64,000 nt of DNA, taken from assembly GCF_026571515.1 (NCBI RefSeq), contig NW_026866030.1:186001-250000 (forward strand), given 5' to 3'. The stretch is from Ruditapes philippinarum (taxonomy: Eukaryota). Positions 11,088 through 24,548 of this stretch are shown here, one piece after another. The stretch's first letter is position 1; each line of letters starts with the position of its first letter. Under the pieces are notes generated by a model, which was not told the DNA's origin, searched no databases, and saw only the letters and a program-made list of their open reading frames with translations. The position numbers and the translations under genes were made by a program.

Positions 11088-12441
11088 GGACCCAATTAAG
11101 GCCTTACTACACCCCTGACAGTCTAAACTTTGGTGACACAACTGTAAATGATCAATTGAGGTGAAATATGGACCAAAAACTCGCCAGAATGCATCATTTT
11201 ATTCCTTCAAAATATAAATTTGCATTGTGCTTTTACCACCGACTGACTGCCCATTCGGCTAGGACTGTAACACTTATACAGTGACTTTAAAAAAAAAAGT
11301 GTAATCTTAATGTGAACTGGTGCAAAATTCTTTTCCTCTGTACGTGCACCAGTAAACCATTACAGCCCTACCCTCCCCCCTCACATTCTTTAACCTGAAA
11401 TCCTGGATCCACCCCTGAACACTAGTATAAAGTCTTACTGTATTCATGTAAAGTCTTACTTTATTCATAGAAATTATTTCAAATGAAATACATATATTCG
11501 GCTAAATTGGGAACAAATTTAGCACATTTTTACGAGTGAAGGGTTACAACTAAATAATAATTTTTTGAAATATACTTGCAATATGAATAAGGAACTTTTT
11601 ATGCAAACTGAAAAATGTATGAACAGACACGTGACCTAGATAGAGAAAAAACTTACGTTGTTCATAGTAGGCCTATTTGCAAAAGCAAAAAGAAAATATA
11701 GCTTAGTTAACTTAGTAAATAAGTTATAAAATATCATTATGTTCAAACCTAAATAAAATATTATTATGTTTAAACCATATAAAGAATATATTTACCAATT
11801 TGGTCAAAGTTAAATAGTCCTGCATTAAACTTATAAACTTCGTAAAATTCTCTCTATGAAAATCTAATAATAGAAAGCTAATTTTAGATTCAGGCAGCTA
11901 TAGGGGATTACCCAGTCTGTATATTTTTTTTGCATATTTAATTACGTGACATTGAACTTGTGTCATTTATTATCTAAAATGATATAAGACCAATATTAGT
12001 TTATATAGAACTTTATTTATGGCAACAAATAAATCAGAAGATTTTTTTTACAACTTTTTACAATATTTCAGTTAATCTCCAATTTTTGCCATTTATAATG
12101 TAAGTGTATAATTATAGCAAATATATTAATATGTATATAGGTTATGTACATAGAATCTAATTGCCTGATTTTAATTTATCTTGTAACGTTGAAAAATACA
12201 TTGAAAAAATACATTGAAAAATATAATTTTGACATTTTAAAAACGTAAATGTTTAAACACTTTGAAAACAGTTAATAATTATATTTATTTATGAAAAACT
12301 AGGCCTGCTTTAAAATTATCTTTGTTTCCCCACCTGCGACCCATGCCAGCTTGGGTAGGTAATCTAGGTAGGTCGATAAAATATTCTTTTTATCAAAAAT
12401 ATTTTTTTTCTGTCAATATTATACTGAGTTCAATACAAAAT

Positions 12442-12568
12442 TGAGCAGCGCCATGACAAAACCAACATAATGGGTGTGCGACCAGCATGGATCCAGACCA
12501 GCCTGCTCTGGATCCATGCTGTTAGCTATCAGTTTCTCTACTTGTTATAGGGTTTGTTAGCGAATAGC
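12442..12568 (+). mobile_element. Truncated MITE, same family as the core of 39584-39915
   Basis: Shares gacaaaaccaacat...tgcgaccagcatggatccagaccag with that element. Confidence 0.75.
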
Positions 12569-12617
12569 TTTATTGTCTATTAACCATTTTTCCACTTTAT
12601 TGGTCCGTTTAGTTTAA

Positions 12618-14252
12618 CCTTTTCCCTTATAGAAGCGAGAATCGCCGTCTTTTACCATTCCCTGATAGAAGCGAGAATCGACGGCTTTATCGATTACCGC
12701 ATGTAAGCGAGAATCGCCGACATGCATGATCTCAATGGAAGTGACTTTCGCCGACTTCAATATTTACCTGTCCAAAAATCAACAATTTTCCCGGAAAATA
12801 GACCTGTAAATTGTGTTATCGTAAAGATCAACATTTCATGAGGGGATTCCGTGCATAAAATTATGGTGTTACTATTTAAAGTTTTTGTATAATTAGCAAC
12901 CAACCAGGTGAGGGGTTTTCCTTATGTCACGCAGTTAATGAGTGCGCGGGTCAATGAAATAAATATAGAACGTATCGTAAGACAGGAACAAAAGTGTCTA
13001 AAAATAGCATCTAATGAATAAATAGTATTTATATGATCACGGGTCGTTCACGTGCCAGGCATGGTATAATGGATTTGATGTTTGTTTTGGTTTATGATAG
13101 CTGACATGTGTATACACGGATTAATTAACATCCTGACTAGGGGTATCTCTCTGGCCCCTGCAATAAAATATTTCCGGTAGCAGCGGCGATTTTTTTAAGA
13201 AAATGACCGACAAAGAAATGTTTATTAGTTTAAATTCTTTCATGTGCGCTATTGTTTTCATAACAGACACAGCATGGGGCCGTGTATTATACGACATGAT
13301 AAAATCATATCCCATATATCATCTTTGATGTCGGCAACATGAAAATGCCGAAAAGGCCGTGGAACTCGAGGATGTCTTTCCTTTATCATCATTTGATCTA
13401 AATTAGATCTATAAATGATAAAATTTAATTAAATTCATAATTCATGAAGAAAATATATGACCGTGACAGCAGAAATTCTGAAATATTTCATTCAACAGTT
13501 ATATACATGTATTACAGAAATGACAGTTACTATTATGAAATAAATTATAAAAAAAACTGATAAAATAAATAAAAAAAAACAAAGTGAGATTTCTTTTTAC
13601 TGGTATAAAAAAAGGTAAAAAATTAACTTGTTGTTATTTATTTCACTAAAAATGAATGCTGCATAAACCAAAAAAATTAATAATAAATTAGCCATATTTC
13701 CCTAATGAGAGAAAAATTATACATCATTTTATTGTTTATAACTACTGTAATTATACTGTTATAAAGCCCACAAATATAAAATTTATACCACTGGAAAGAT
13801 AATTCAAATCTTTACAAATCTTACATTGACATATATATTGTCAAACTTGTAATTAAACCATTTCACATTAGTTAAAACACATAAGTAGCCTAATTTATCT
13901 GAAACAATGGAGAAAAAAACACCATCAAGTATATAGTTTATTACTTTTTAACTCATTTAGACATATTTGTATAAACCCAACAAATATGATATTTATACCA
14001 TTGGAAAGGTATTTCAATTCTCTACAAACATTTTATGGATACAAAAATTGTCAAAACACAACTTAATACTTTATTTTCCAGTTAAAGTATATCGGTATCT
14101 AATTTGACCAATTTTACCTATAATTTATCATACCCTATATGGAGATAGTGTGTGACTCCTTATCAGTAGGATATTGATTATTGATTATCTATCTGGCTAC
14201 TGTATTATGGGGTGTAAAGCAGTAAATTAAGGGGGCTGTATCAGGGAAAAGG
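12618..14252. mobile_element. Non-autonomous piggyBac-like DNA transposon
   Basis: TTAA on both sides (12614-12617, 14253-14256). TIR ccttttccct(t/g)ata. About 39-bp subterminal repeats containing aagcgagaatcg. No transposase ORF. Confidence 0.75.
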
Positions 14253-14257
14253 TTAAT

Positions 14258-14434
14258 NNNNNNNNNNNNNNNNNNNNNNNNNNNNNNNNNNNNNNNNNNN
14301 NNNNNNNNNNNNNNNNNNNNNNNNNNNNNNNNNNNNNNNNNNNNNNNNNNNNNNNNNNNNNNNNNNNNNNNNNNNNNNNNNNNNNNNNNNNNNNNNNNNN
14401 NNNNNNNNNNNNNNNNNNNNNNNNNNNNNNNNNN
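14258..14434. other. Assembly gap (N run)
   Basis: 177 consecutive n. Confidence 1.
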
Positions 14435-15380
14435 TTTTCTATGACAATTGATCTTTGACATTGAGTCTAATGGTCGTTAATGTCTCTCACTTCTGTTTTA
14501 GAAATCATGATTGTGGGATAAGTAGTCAGTCACTTACAGAGAAATTGGTCATTTAACTGGTTAATTACTCAAGAATGCTGGACCGACAGCCAAGATATAT
14601 GACTAAAATATGTGTCAAATTTGAAAATTTGAAACCAGGCAATAACATTCATGAACAACTTTTGTCCTTGATGAGGCTTTATGAACAGAAGCTACAACTG
14701 ACAGTTTCAATGTTGCTGGATTGGACTTCTTAAAGGATCCTGTTTTTCTCTATTCAATCAAACCAATTAAGCCATCACCATGCCAATTTGCTACTGTTGG
14801 ATGGTCAAATTAAGGTCTAAGTTGTTCTGAATTGTCTGGTTCTAACCTGATCTGTTGAAAAAAATCCACTTGACAAATGACTGCTCTTTTAAATCTTGAC
14901 CAGTTTTTATAAGTCAAGATATAAGGTCAGATTTATTACATGTTGCTCATCTCTATATTTCTATATTATATTTCTATAAATTTGGTCTTGACCAAGGTAT
15001 GGTCTCAACATTAAGTCATACAAAAGTCTCTGCCTACAATGTATTCATAAAATCATTCATATAATATAATAATAATGCCAGTTTTAATGTACTTTAATAT
15101 ACAAATGTATAATTAGAAGCTGTCAAGCAAACTGTGTGGCTCCTGTGCTGGGGCACTATAACGAGTTGAATAAATTATGAAGGGTCAAAAACAAAAACAA
15201 TACATTCAGTATCATATAGAAATTTGATCGTAGTTTATTGCTATTCCTTTACTGAAATTCTTGTGTAAGATTAGTTATATCCAATTAAAAGTTGTTTTTT
15301 TTGTCTGCACCTTCTTAAAGTCATCAATAAACTATAGGCACAAGGAATTCCATTTAATCATTTATGGAAATTTTAACCGT

Positions 15381-15650
15381 GGCCGAGTCGTGGCCGAGTG
15401 GTTAAGGTTGTTAACTTCAAACCACTTGCCCCTCACCTCTGTGGGTTCGAATCCCAACAGGGACTTTTGATTCTTTCATGTGAGGAAGCTATCCAGCTAG
15501 CTTATGGAACTTTGGTGGTTCTACTCAGGTGCCTGTTTGTACCTGAAATAATGTATGGAAGGGCACCTGAGGTCTTCCTCCATCAGTAAAGCTGGACTGT
15601 CGGGATATGACCTATACTGTGTCGATGTGACGTAAAATCCAAAACGAACA
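15381..15650 (+). mobile_element. Full-length tRNA-derived SINE
   Basis: A box tggccgagtgg, B box ggttcgaatcc, body gtgaggaagctatccagctagc... and an aaac-type tail. Homologous copies at 25070, 59214 and 63635. Confidence 0.9.
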
Positions 15651-17424
15651 AATTAACCAAGTACAATGTTTTGCTTTTTAAAATTCAAATGTTATTTATA
15701 TTGAATAATTCTCAGTAAAAAAAGGTTCAAATCACTTAACAATTAGTCAGTATTTCCTTGGTAGTGGGGAAGTAGATGTACTTGAATTAAATTTCCCAAC
15801 CTTAGTAGATTAATTTTGCTTTGCATTCTCCAATTACATAATAAATTTAAGTACAAGACTGTTAATGATTACCATATGTAACAAAAATGTATAGACATAA
15901 TAGATTTATCTATTTATCAAGCATTTGAATAAGGACATGTTCATCATCTTAAACGTTACAATAAGAGCAGTTATCATTTAACTGTGTAAAATTATAAAAG
16001 AATGACTTATACCTAAATTACACATCAGCTACTGATAGGTCATTAAAGGGAAAATACATGATGCTACTTCAACAAAGTTACTGTATGGTATTAAAGATAA
16101 CTTTTTTCTAATTTGTTCACAAATATACTATAACCATAAGATGATATATCAGTTTTTTCATGCTTCATGTTGTAGGAATAACCTCCCTTATACCAATAAG
16201 CATGTCTTATTCATGCATTATCCCCATGTACAGACTCAATCAAACCGAGTCTGCAATTTTCATATAATTTTGTTGTGATTAATGCTTCCAAGGATTCATT
16301 TTGTTTCCAGAGTTTTTTTTTACAAAAATTAGTGTACATTGTAAATATGCAGCAAAAATTACTGAAGCCTTACATTATGTCTACCTCAACAAAGTTTCGT
16401 ACATCTATAGCTGAGGGCCGCCAGAAGGGCCTCACAGTTCTTTGGGGTCATGCAGGGAATTAGGCTGGCTGGGGTAGTGAGTGCCCTACACTGAGAAACC
16501 CTCAGTTGGCTGGGGTGCCCGAGATACTGGTTTAAGAGTTCCTTTTCTTGTATCAGTGACTCCCAGTATCCTTTGTAAATGATTGTATTTTATAACAAGA
16601 AAGTCCAGTGTTGAAAATATTTTATTTATTTCTTTATATGGTGATGGAAAGTTCTCAAATATAAAATGATAATATAATCCATATATACAGTTTCACAGCT
16701 AGCACCTGAATTTGCTTCAGTTATTGTAAAGTTGTAAGTATTCATAGTATAATTTGACTTGATGTTACAAGTAAACCAACATTCAAAATATTTAGATCCT
16801 TGCTCTTCAAAATTAGTTATCATTTAGACCAATTTAAAATATGAAAATCAAAAATATAAATTGAGAAAATTAATGGGTGCCTTCAGTTGCACAGCTCTCA
16901 AAACAAACCAATCAAGGATAATTGGTGGCATTGTTTTATGACCATAATTAGATAATCAGTGTTTTATAAGCTTCTTACACAAAGTTATATATCCACACTT
17001 TAATTTTGGCTCAATTAATTTTAACCACATAATAATAAAATTAACAAAAATTACATTCTCATACATCTTAATTAGTTTTTGATAAATAACAATATAAAAT
17101 TTAAAAAAGATATAGAAGATTAAATTACATGCACTTTAAAATCATCTGAATAGTAGCTAAGTTGATGTAAGTCAGTAAGCTGTTCAATGATTTTGTAGTT
17201 TTGTATTTATAAATAATCATCACAAGTTCATCTAAAACAAACCATTAGCTCAAAAAATTTTATGCTGGCCATAAAATGTTAAGAGCAAGATTTATCATAC
17301 TACTAGTTATTTTTATATGACTGGTTAAAGATTTTTTACATTGCCCATAAAAATTATTATCTGTACACTATATTGATAAATCAGTAGTCAATTGTTAAAA
17401 ATCATATGCAGTAAAGGGTTTAAA

Positions 17425-17835
17425 TATCCAAAAGCATTTATTTATATCCGTTTAATGTCCAAAGGTATGTATTTTATGCTCAAAGACATCCATTTAATAT
17501 CCAAAGCATTTTATGCTCAGAGGCATCCATTTGAATTATAATGTCCAAAGGCATCCATTTAATGACCAATGGTATGCATTTTATGCTCAAAGGCATTCCA
17601 TTTAATGTCCAAATGCATCTATTTAATGTCCAAAGGTATGCATTATATGCTCAAAGTCATCCATTTAATGTCCAAAGACATCCTTTTACACCCATTTCAT
17701 GCTCAAAGGCAATGTTCCAAGGCATTCATTCATATCCATCTAAGGTCCACAGGCATCCATTTAATGCTCAGGCATCTATTTAGTGTCCAAATGCATCCAT
17801 TTATATCCATTTAATGTCCAAAGGCATCCATTAAA
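17425..17835. repeat. Degenerate ~21-bp minisatellite
   Basis: Recurring atccatttaatgtccaaaggc; accounts for the ORFs at 17541-17814. Confidence 0.85.
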
Positions 17836-18261
17836 TGGCCCCTAATAATCAATGTAGCTATACAATCCTTTCCTTATTCATTGTTGGTAGGTAATACTGT
17901 TCTAATTAAGCCTGATGATACAGTAGTGACATCAGCTCAAGATATAATACTGTTAGAATATTGCATTGCTTTTTATTATGCCTCAAGAGAAACATTTTAT
18001 TCTTGTCTTTAAACTTGAGGTCACACTGCTGGTGACAGCCACTGTGCAGACCAAGATCAGCCCCCACATCTATGATGTCAGATCATGATCTTCATTTTTT
18101 GCTATTCAATCGGTACTTAGTTTATAATTTTCTTTTAAAATGATGAATTGTTTCCTGCAGGTCGAAAGATGAAGAAATCTGTTAAAGTATAGTAAAGGTT
18201 CAATATCACTATTTAAACACTTGTTTTTAATCGTTATCGTAGTAGTTGAAAAGTTGGTACC

Positions 18262-18906
18262 TTTTATTATGCCCCAACTATAGGGGGGCATTTAGATTTA
18301 CCCTTGTCCGTCTGTCCTTCCCTCAATCCATCCGTCCGTTCTCTTTTTGTGTCGTATGTAGCTCAAAAAGTAATTGACCTAGAGTCATGAAACCTTACAG
18401 GAATGTTGATCAGCATGTGAAGTTGTGCACCTGGGTATTTTCATGTGGATATATTTAGTATTTTTAGAGTTATTGCCCTTGTCTTAGTAAAAATTTGTAA
18501 TTTTCAACTTGTGTCGCACGTAACTAAAAAAATATTTGACCTAGAGTCATGAAACCTTACAGGGATGTTGATCAGCATGTGAAGTTTTGCACCTGGGTAT
18601 TTTTGTGTGGATATATTTTGTATTTTTAGAGTTATTGCCCTTGAATTAGTAAAAATTTACAATATTCAACTTATGTTGCACATAACTCAAAAAGTATTTG
18701 ACCTGTAGGCCTGAAAGTTTACAAGAAGTTGGTGTTTTCTTGGGGATTTATTCAGTATTTGTCGTATTTGCCCTTTACTTAATAAAAGATTTTTAGATTT
18801 CAGCTTGGGCACATGTAGCCAAAAAAAAAAATTTGACCTAGAGACATAAGATTGACAAATTGGTGGAGTGTGGGGGCACCCATGTCCTATGGACACATTT
18901 CTAGTT
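18262..18906 (+). mobile_element. Family A tandem-core element
   Basis: Same termini and cores as 6017-8662. Ends about 40 bp from the stop codon of TIR copy 2. Confidence 0.85.
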
Positions 18907-18947
18907 TAAATGTACCTTTTATGTTAATATTCCACAAGTTCAAAATA

Positions 18948-20555
18948 TTATGGAAATTTTACTCTTCCCATTTTAAAAAGACTTTTGACACTGTTAAGAT
19001 AAGCCTCTCTGAGGGAAGGTTTTGTAGACTTGAAATTAAAGTACCTTAAACTAGTTATACAACAAAGAACTTGGTCTTCATATTGACAACCTGTTAATAC
19101 AGGTACAACCCTATCTCTTTTTTCATCGTTATTTTTCTGGCCTTTTTCATTTTTCAGACCACGTATTAGTACTATTTCATTTATGAATTGCGTATACCAA
19201 TCATCTTCAAGGTTATCTGTCACAAATATCAAAATGTATCTAAAAGAATCGTGAAGAGTTGCTGCCTTTCGCAATTCAGATTTCCCAAGGCCAACATTAT
19301 CAAATGTCTCTACTGTGAGGTTGGAGATTCCAAAATCATTGTGTAAATGTTTCTTGAAGACTTGTACTCCTTCTGAATCAGCTTTTGTATGAATGATGAC
19401 AAAATCTTTCATATGCCCTGAAAATACAGGTTATTTTTGAAAATATCAAGTTGTTTTTTAGATATACATGTATTTTCAAACTGTGAGGTATGATAAATTA
19501 ACAGTTCTGGAGTGGGATAAAAGATTCAAAATGGAATGGACATCTAGATGCTATTAAGAGAAAGTGGCTTTGCAAAACCCTCTTTGGAACAATTTTGGAG
19601 TTACTGTTCTTTGTAATTTTTTGTAAGAGCATAATTTTAGTATCATCATGAATAGATGGATAGATATTTTTTGGACAAGTACAATACAGATGAACCAATA
19701 CAGAGATTTTATGCATTATTTTAGAGTTATTGACCTTTAAAATATTAATTTATTTTCATGATAAGTTTTTGTTTGAAATATAATAACTTGGAGACTACAT
19801 AATTATAGGGATTTGATTTCAGAATTTCAGGTTTTTTTTTCTAGCATCAGTTCCAGTTTACAAATTTAGAATATAATACCTTGCGATTTAGGTTGGATAG
19901 AAGATGCTGCCATACTGTAGCTGGATACTGACTTGTAAGATGGGGTTGTATTAAAATTTGGACCATTTCCATTTGGTCCATGGTTTTCAGAAATTTCAGT
20001 ATTTTTCAGGTCAGTTGGAAATGTACTTTTTTTTACATCACTTTTAACAGGGTGAATCCTGGCTCCTTTTCCTCTGTTATTTTTATTTTCTTTTTTTGTT
20101 TCACTTTGCACCTGATCCTTTGGAATCACAGAAACTGGTTGCGTACAACAGTGTTCTAATGATTGACCAACTTCATCACAGCCGTTTTGATCTGATGGTA
20201 ATTCTTGACCTTCTTCATCAGTTATTTCTAGACATTCAAATTCATTTTCAAATCTCTTATCACTGCCTTCAGAATCAGTATCACTGCCAGGGTTACCATC
20301 CTCTTCAAGTAAAGATACTTGTGTGTTTAATACATCCTTGTTGTCATTTGACAAAGGTGTACTTGTATCAGACTGAATGTTTGATTGTCTAATATTGCTT
20401 TTGTTATCTATTACTTTTGAGCATTTATTGTCTTCCGTAGATTTTTTTTCACTCGTGTTGTCAGGAACTAGTTCAGTCTTATCCCCAGATGATTTGATGT
20501 TGAGAGCTGTTTGCTCAGTCTCAGTCACTGTCTCAGTCACAGTTACTGTTGCCAT
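18948..20555 (-). CDS. TIR-domain protein, TICAM/TRAM-like, cluster copy 2 (intact, 381 aa)
   Basis: Exons 20555-19880 and 19417-18948 are joined by a phase-1 GT-AG intron, giving 1146 nt open. Acidic low-complexity N-terminus. C-terminal DFVIIHTKAD...LHNDFGI...ILIFVTDNLEDDWY...RVVPVL follows the TIR pattern of TICAM2 (FVILHAEDD...LQDDFGI...ILLLTENFLRDTWC...VIP). Confidence 0.88.
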
Positions 20556-20694
20556 TTAGTATTGATCAGTGAACAACATGAATTATAGTGTCTACAAAGC
20601 AAAAATAATATAACAGTTATAGAAATGCATTTGTAAAATGTAAAAGTTTTGTAGATTTTGAAAGGTGTTAATGCCTTTTATATGGTACACTTTC

Positions 20695-21640
20695 TTTTAA
20701 TACGCCCTTTTGAAAAACAGGTCTTATACTTTCCCCCCCTGGCAGACGGGCTGTTTGTTGGTTGGGCGGGCATACTGCGTCCAATTTTGTCTGGAGCATA
20801 TCTATCCATGCATTGAGGAATTTTTAATGAAACTTCATTGAAATGTTCACCAGTGTCAGAAGCTATGTCACACACATAAACCAAGTCTCTAGGTCGAAGG
20901 TCAAGGTCACACTTAGAAGTCATTGAAAATGCTTATCTGGAAAAAAACTTCTACATGCATAGAGGGATTTCAATGTAACTTGGCACAAATGTTCCCGTGC
21001 AAAATTCAAGTGCCTGTGGCCAAGGTCAAGGTCACACATAGGGATCAAAGTTCAGATAAAAATATGAAAATGTGTATTCAGACCATTTAGTCATCATATA
21101 TTGTGGGATTGAACCACAAATGGTCATTTGTTTGTTTGTTTGTTTCAATTTACGCCTTTTCCCAATATAGGCGGATAGTTTCCTAACCATCGTTCCTGGA
21201 GAGTTACACCAGTACTAGACCACATTCCTCCCTGCTAAACTACTTGGGATCGAACCCATGCCAGAGAGGTAACTGGATTAGAAGTCATCGACTTTAACCA
21301 CTCGACCACGGAGGCGGTTACAAATGGTCATTACTATGACTATCATTGTGAATCTTAGTATTGCGCACATAATTTAGGTCCCTGCTACCAAAGTCAAGGT
21401 CCCATAGAGAGGTCAAAGTTTGTGTATGGGGACCGCATTTAGTCATCATTTATTGATGGATTGTAACTCAAGTGTGACACATGTAATTTAGGTTAGTATT
21501 TGCAAGGTCAAGGTCACTAGAGATAATAAAATATTCAGATATTTTTTGGATATTGACCAGAGCATATCTCCTATATGTATATCTATAATGCCCAAAGCTT
21601 TGACGACGGGTGTATTTTGCGACAATGTTGCCCTTTTTCA
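20695..21640 (+). mobile_element. Degenerate tandem-core non-autonomous element (caaggtca-rich) with a nested SINE
   Basis: Starts ttttaatacgccc with a ggtt/gggc microsatellite. Segment 21371-21640 is homologous to 34715-35010. Confidence 0.6.
21127..21316 (-). mobile_element. tRNA-derived SINE (second family)
   Basis: ttgt tail, reverse B box ggatcgaaccc, reverse A box accactcgacca. A homologous head lies at 39941-40010. Confidence 0.75.
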
Positions 21641-24093
21641 AGAATATGGACTGCACATTGTGCTCTAAGGTTTGTACATCTATCAACAGCAGGAATGGAA
21701 CCAACATCATGGGTGAGAAAAGGAAGTGAATCAAACATAATCCTGATCGTTGGAGGCATACCACTTCTTACCCTGTCAATTCTCCCCGACTGGTACCCCT
21801 TCCCACACCACACTTACACCTTTAACCTTACAATCTGCATTTATTGTTTGGAAATTTAATTATAAATTTACACATGTTTTGTCATACATGTACTAAAACT
21901 AAAATAGTTATGTAAACTAGTACATTATAATTGTGTTTTGACTTTTCATAATCTGACGAAATAAAAAAAATTTAAGATTCTTTTTTGTCCCACAATAAAT
22001 TAGCAGCTATTTAAAAAAAGAAATACATATGTATTTAATAACAATAGATAAATTGTAAATAAATAACTGACATACCTTTTCTTTAAAAGTTCCATTTGTA
22101 ATAAATGTGTATATATTCTTTCATTTACTTGAATGGTTTATACAGGAAACTGGTGTTTGAGAGTTTATTTTATTGCCTGCATAAATTTTGCATACAAACT
22201 TCAAGAGTTTGTTGACACAAGATATATCGCATAATAGGGAAACCATTATAGTTATAAAAATAGAGTTTGAACGGTTCTATAAATAGAAATTAAGGAAATC
22301 CAAATGTGCTACTTAATATAGGTAAACTCTAAATCATTAAATATTTTAAATTGACTACAACTAAACCTGGCAGATTTACCTGTCAATGCATTTCTCTACA
22401 TTGTTGTCGAGATCTATACTGAGCTTTAACTGGAGGCTCATTTAAAGATTTTTGACATAAATATTTAATAAACCCTTTGGCAGCTAGAACTGAAAGTGAC
22501 TATCCTATATAAGCCACCAGCTAGTACGGTATATAGCCAGGCCAACCGACATTTCCATGGAGTCTGATTAGGCTCTTTACTGTCGGTAGCAAAATTTTAG
22601 TATTTTGATGCTGAAAGCCCTTTTAAGGTTCAAATGTACTGTTCCAAATTAAAAGATGGAAAAGTCCATCAATGCATTAAGTCTTCAGGTTAATAAAAGG
22701 TTAAATGCCAATATGCCTAAGCACTGTCATAGAGACTTCTCAAAACAAGCTAGGATTTTCGAAAATTATTTTTTCTGTACTAAACAAGCTACAGATGATT
22801 ATATATTTCCATAAATGACTTCAGTTTTGACACCAGGGGACCCATAAAATTCAACTTGACAAATTTCCAGGATATTTGGACTGAAAATGTTTCAAAAAGT
22901 GTTAACAAGGTTTTTCCTTGACCTAGAAATCATCTAAACAACCTTTTTGACCAATTTCCAGGATATTTGAACAGAAACAATAGCCCCTAGAGTGTTAACA
23001 AGTTTTTTTCATATTTGGGCTGTGTTACCTTAAGTTTTTTTGACCCAGGGTGAACCATATAGAAATCATCAAAACAACCTTTCAGGCCAATTTCCAGGAT
23101 AATTGGACAGAAACAGTAGCCACTGGAGTGTTAACAAGATTTTTCTATTTTTTATGACCTAGTTTTTCATCCGAGATGATTCATGTTAGAACTTATCTGA
23201 TCAATTACTTGGAGAAACATTCTGACTAAGTTTGATTACAATTGAAGCAAAAATGTGACCACTACAGTGTTAATGCACTAAATAAGGACAGACGACTAAA
23301 AGCTCAACATCAGCCAGCCCAGCTGGTGAGCTTAAAAAAAAAAGAAGGAAACAGTCCAGAGAATGACTGGTACTTTTTAATTTAAATTAGCATTCATCCA
23401 ATCATTTAAGAATTGAAGAATAAACCTCAAATTGTTTATTTGTAACACTATCGGAAATTTTTCTATATAAACAAAGAAGGCCCAAAACGTGCAGTATTCT
23501 ACAACAATGCACTCGCCGTTCTTATTATCTCCCTGTGTATTTTATTCACATTGAGGGCGCCATTTTGTTCAAGTTCTTTCAAATAGCATCAGAATTTTTT
23601 CTGCCTAAATATAAGGGCAATTTCTACTCGATGCTCTTGATTCTTATATTCATGTTTTTTGAAAATGTTACATCTTGTAGATCAAGCTTATCATATAACG
23701 ACCCGAGGTCTTCGTTTACATTTTAGGAAACATGACTTTCTCCGGTTCATCTTCATATGAAGAGTACTTCGTCAATGGCTACACAATTTAAACAACAGAG
23801 ACTTGCTGTAGAGAAATCAAACGTTGCTTTCACAAGAAAAGTAGACAGTTTAGAGAAAAATCTCCAGGTTGACTTTTTTTTAGTTTACAAAAATGGTTTA
23901 TTTATGATTCAAACTCACTTTGTTAAATCATAACAGGCAAAAGTTCATTAAATTTCCATTTTGAATGGGACAGACTCTAGGGAAAAGTATAATTGAATAT
24001 ATTTTGAGAACAAGACAAACCCAATAAGGTGCAATATTAAATATTATTTTATTACAGAAATAAACAAGAGATAAATTTATTTTTAGACTTGCT

Positions 24094-24548
24094 TCAAGGA
24101 AATTTAGCTCTCCCTGTTTTAACAAGATTTTTTACACAGTTAACATATGATTCACTCATGAGAGTGCTATTTGAACGGAAATTGAAATATTGTAGTCCAC
24201 CAAGTATACTTAGTTCTATAATGTTACAGTAACCTCTTCTGGTTAATACTGGCACTACTCTTTCTTCTTTCCCATTTGCTTCCCGTAGACCTAATGTCAA
24301 CACAATTTCATCCAAGTACCTACAATATTTATCACTTTCAAGATTCTTTGTTACATATGTCAAAATGTATCTATAATTATCATGTAAAGTTGCCAAACTT
24401 TGCATCCCAGGTTTTCCTGCATCAATGTTACTGAGCAAATCTACAGTAAGGTCTGGTATCCCAATGTCTCTTTGAAGATGCTCCATAAAAGAACCTGCAG
24501 CTTCCAGATCATCATCAGTGTGAAGAATGACAAAGTCTGACATTCCAC
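24094..24548 (-). CDS. TIR-domain exon of copy 3 (open frame)
   Basis: GMSDFVILHTDDDLEAA...YILTYVTKNLESDKYC...RVVPVL...GRAKFP is collinear with the copy 2 TIR. Acceptor AG at 24549-24550. Confidence 0.88.

Noticed and set aside
14189-14461. 90-aa ORF
   Set aside because: Artefact of reading through the N gap.
15381-15465. tRNA gene
   Set aside because: The A and B boxes run into a dispersed SINE body and tail; no convincing cloverleaf.
16330-16625. GC-richer island, possibly a LINE 3' end or structured RNA
   Set aside because: Single copy in the window with no ORF or diagnostic motif; cannot be assigned.
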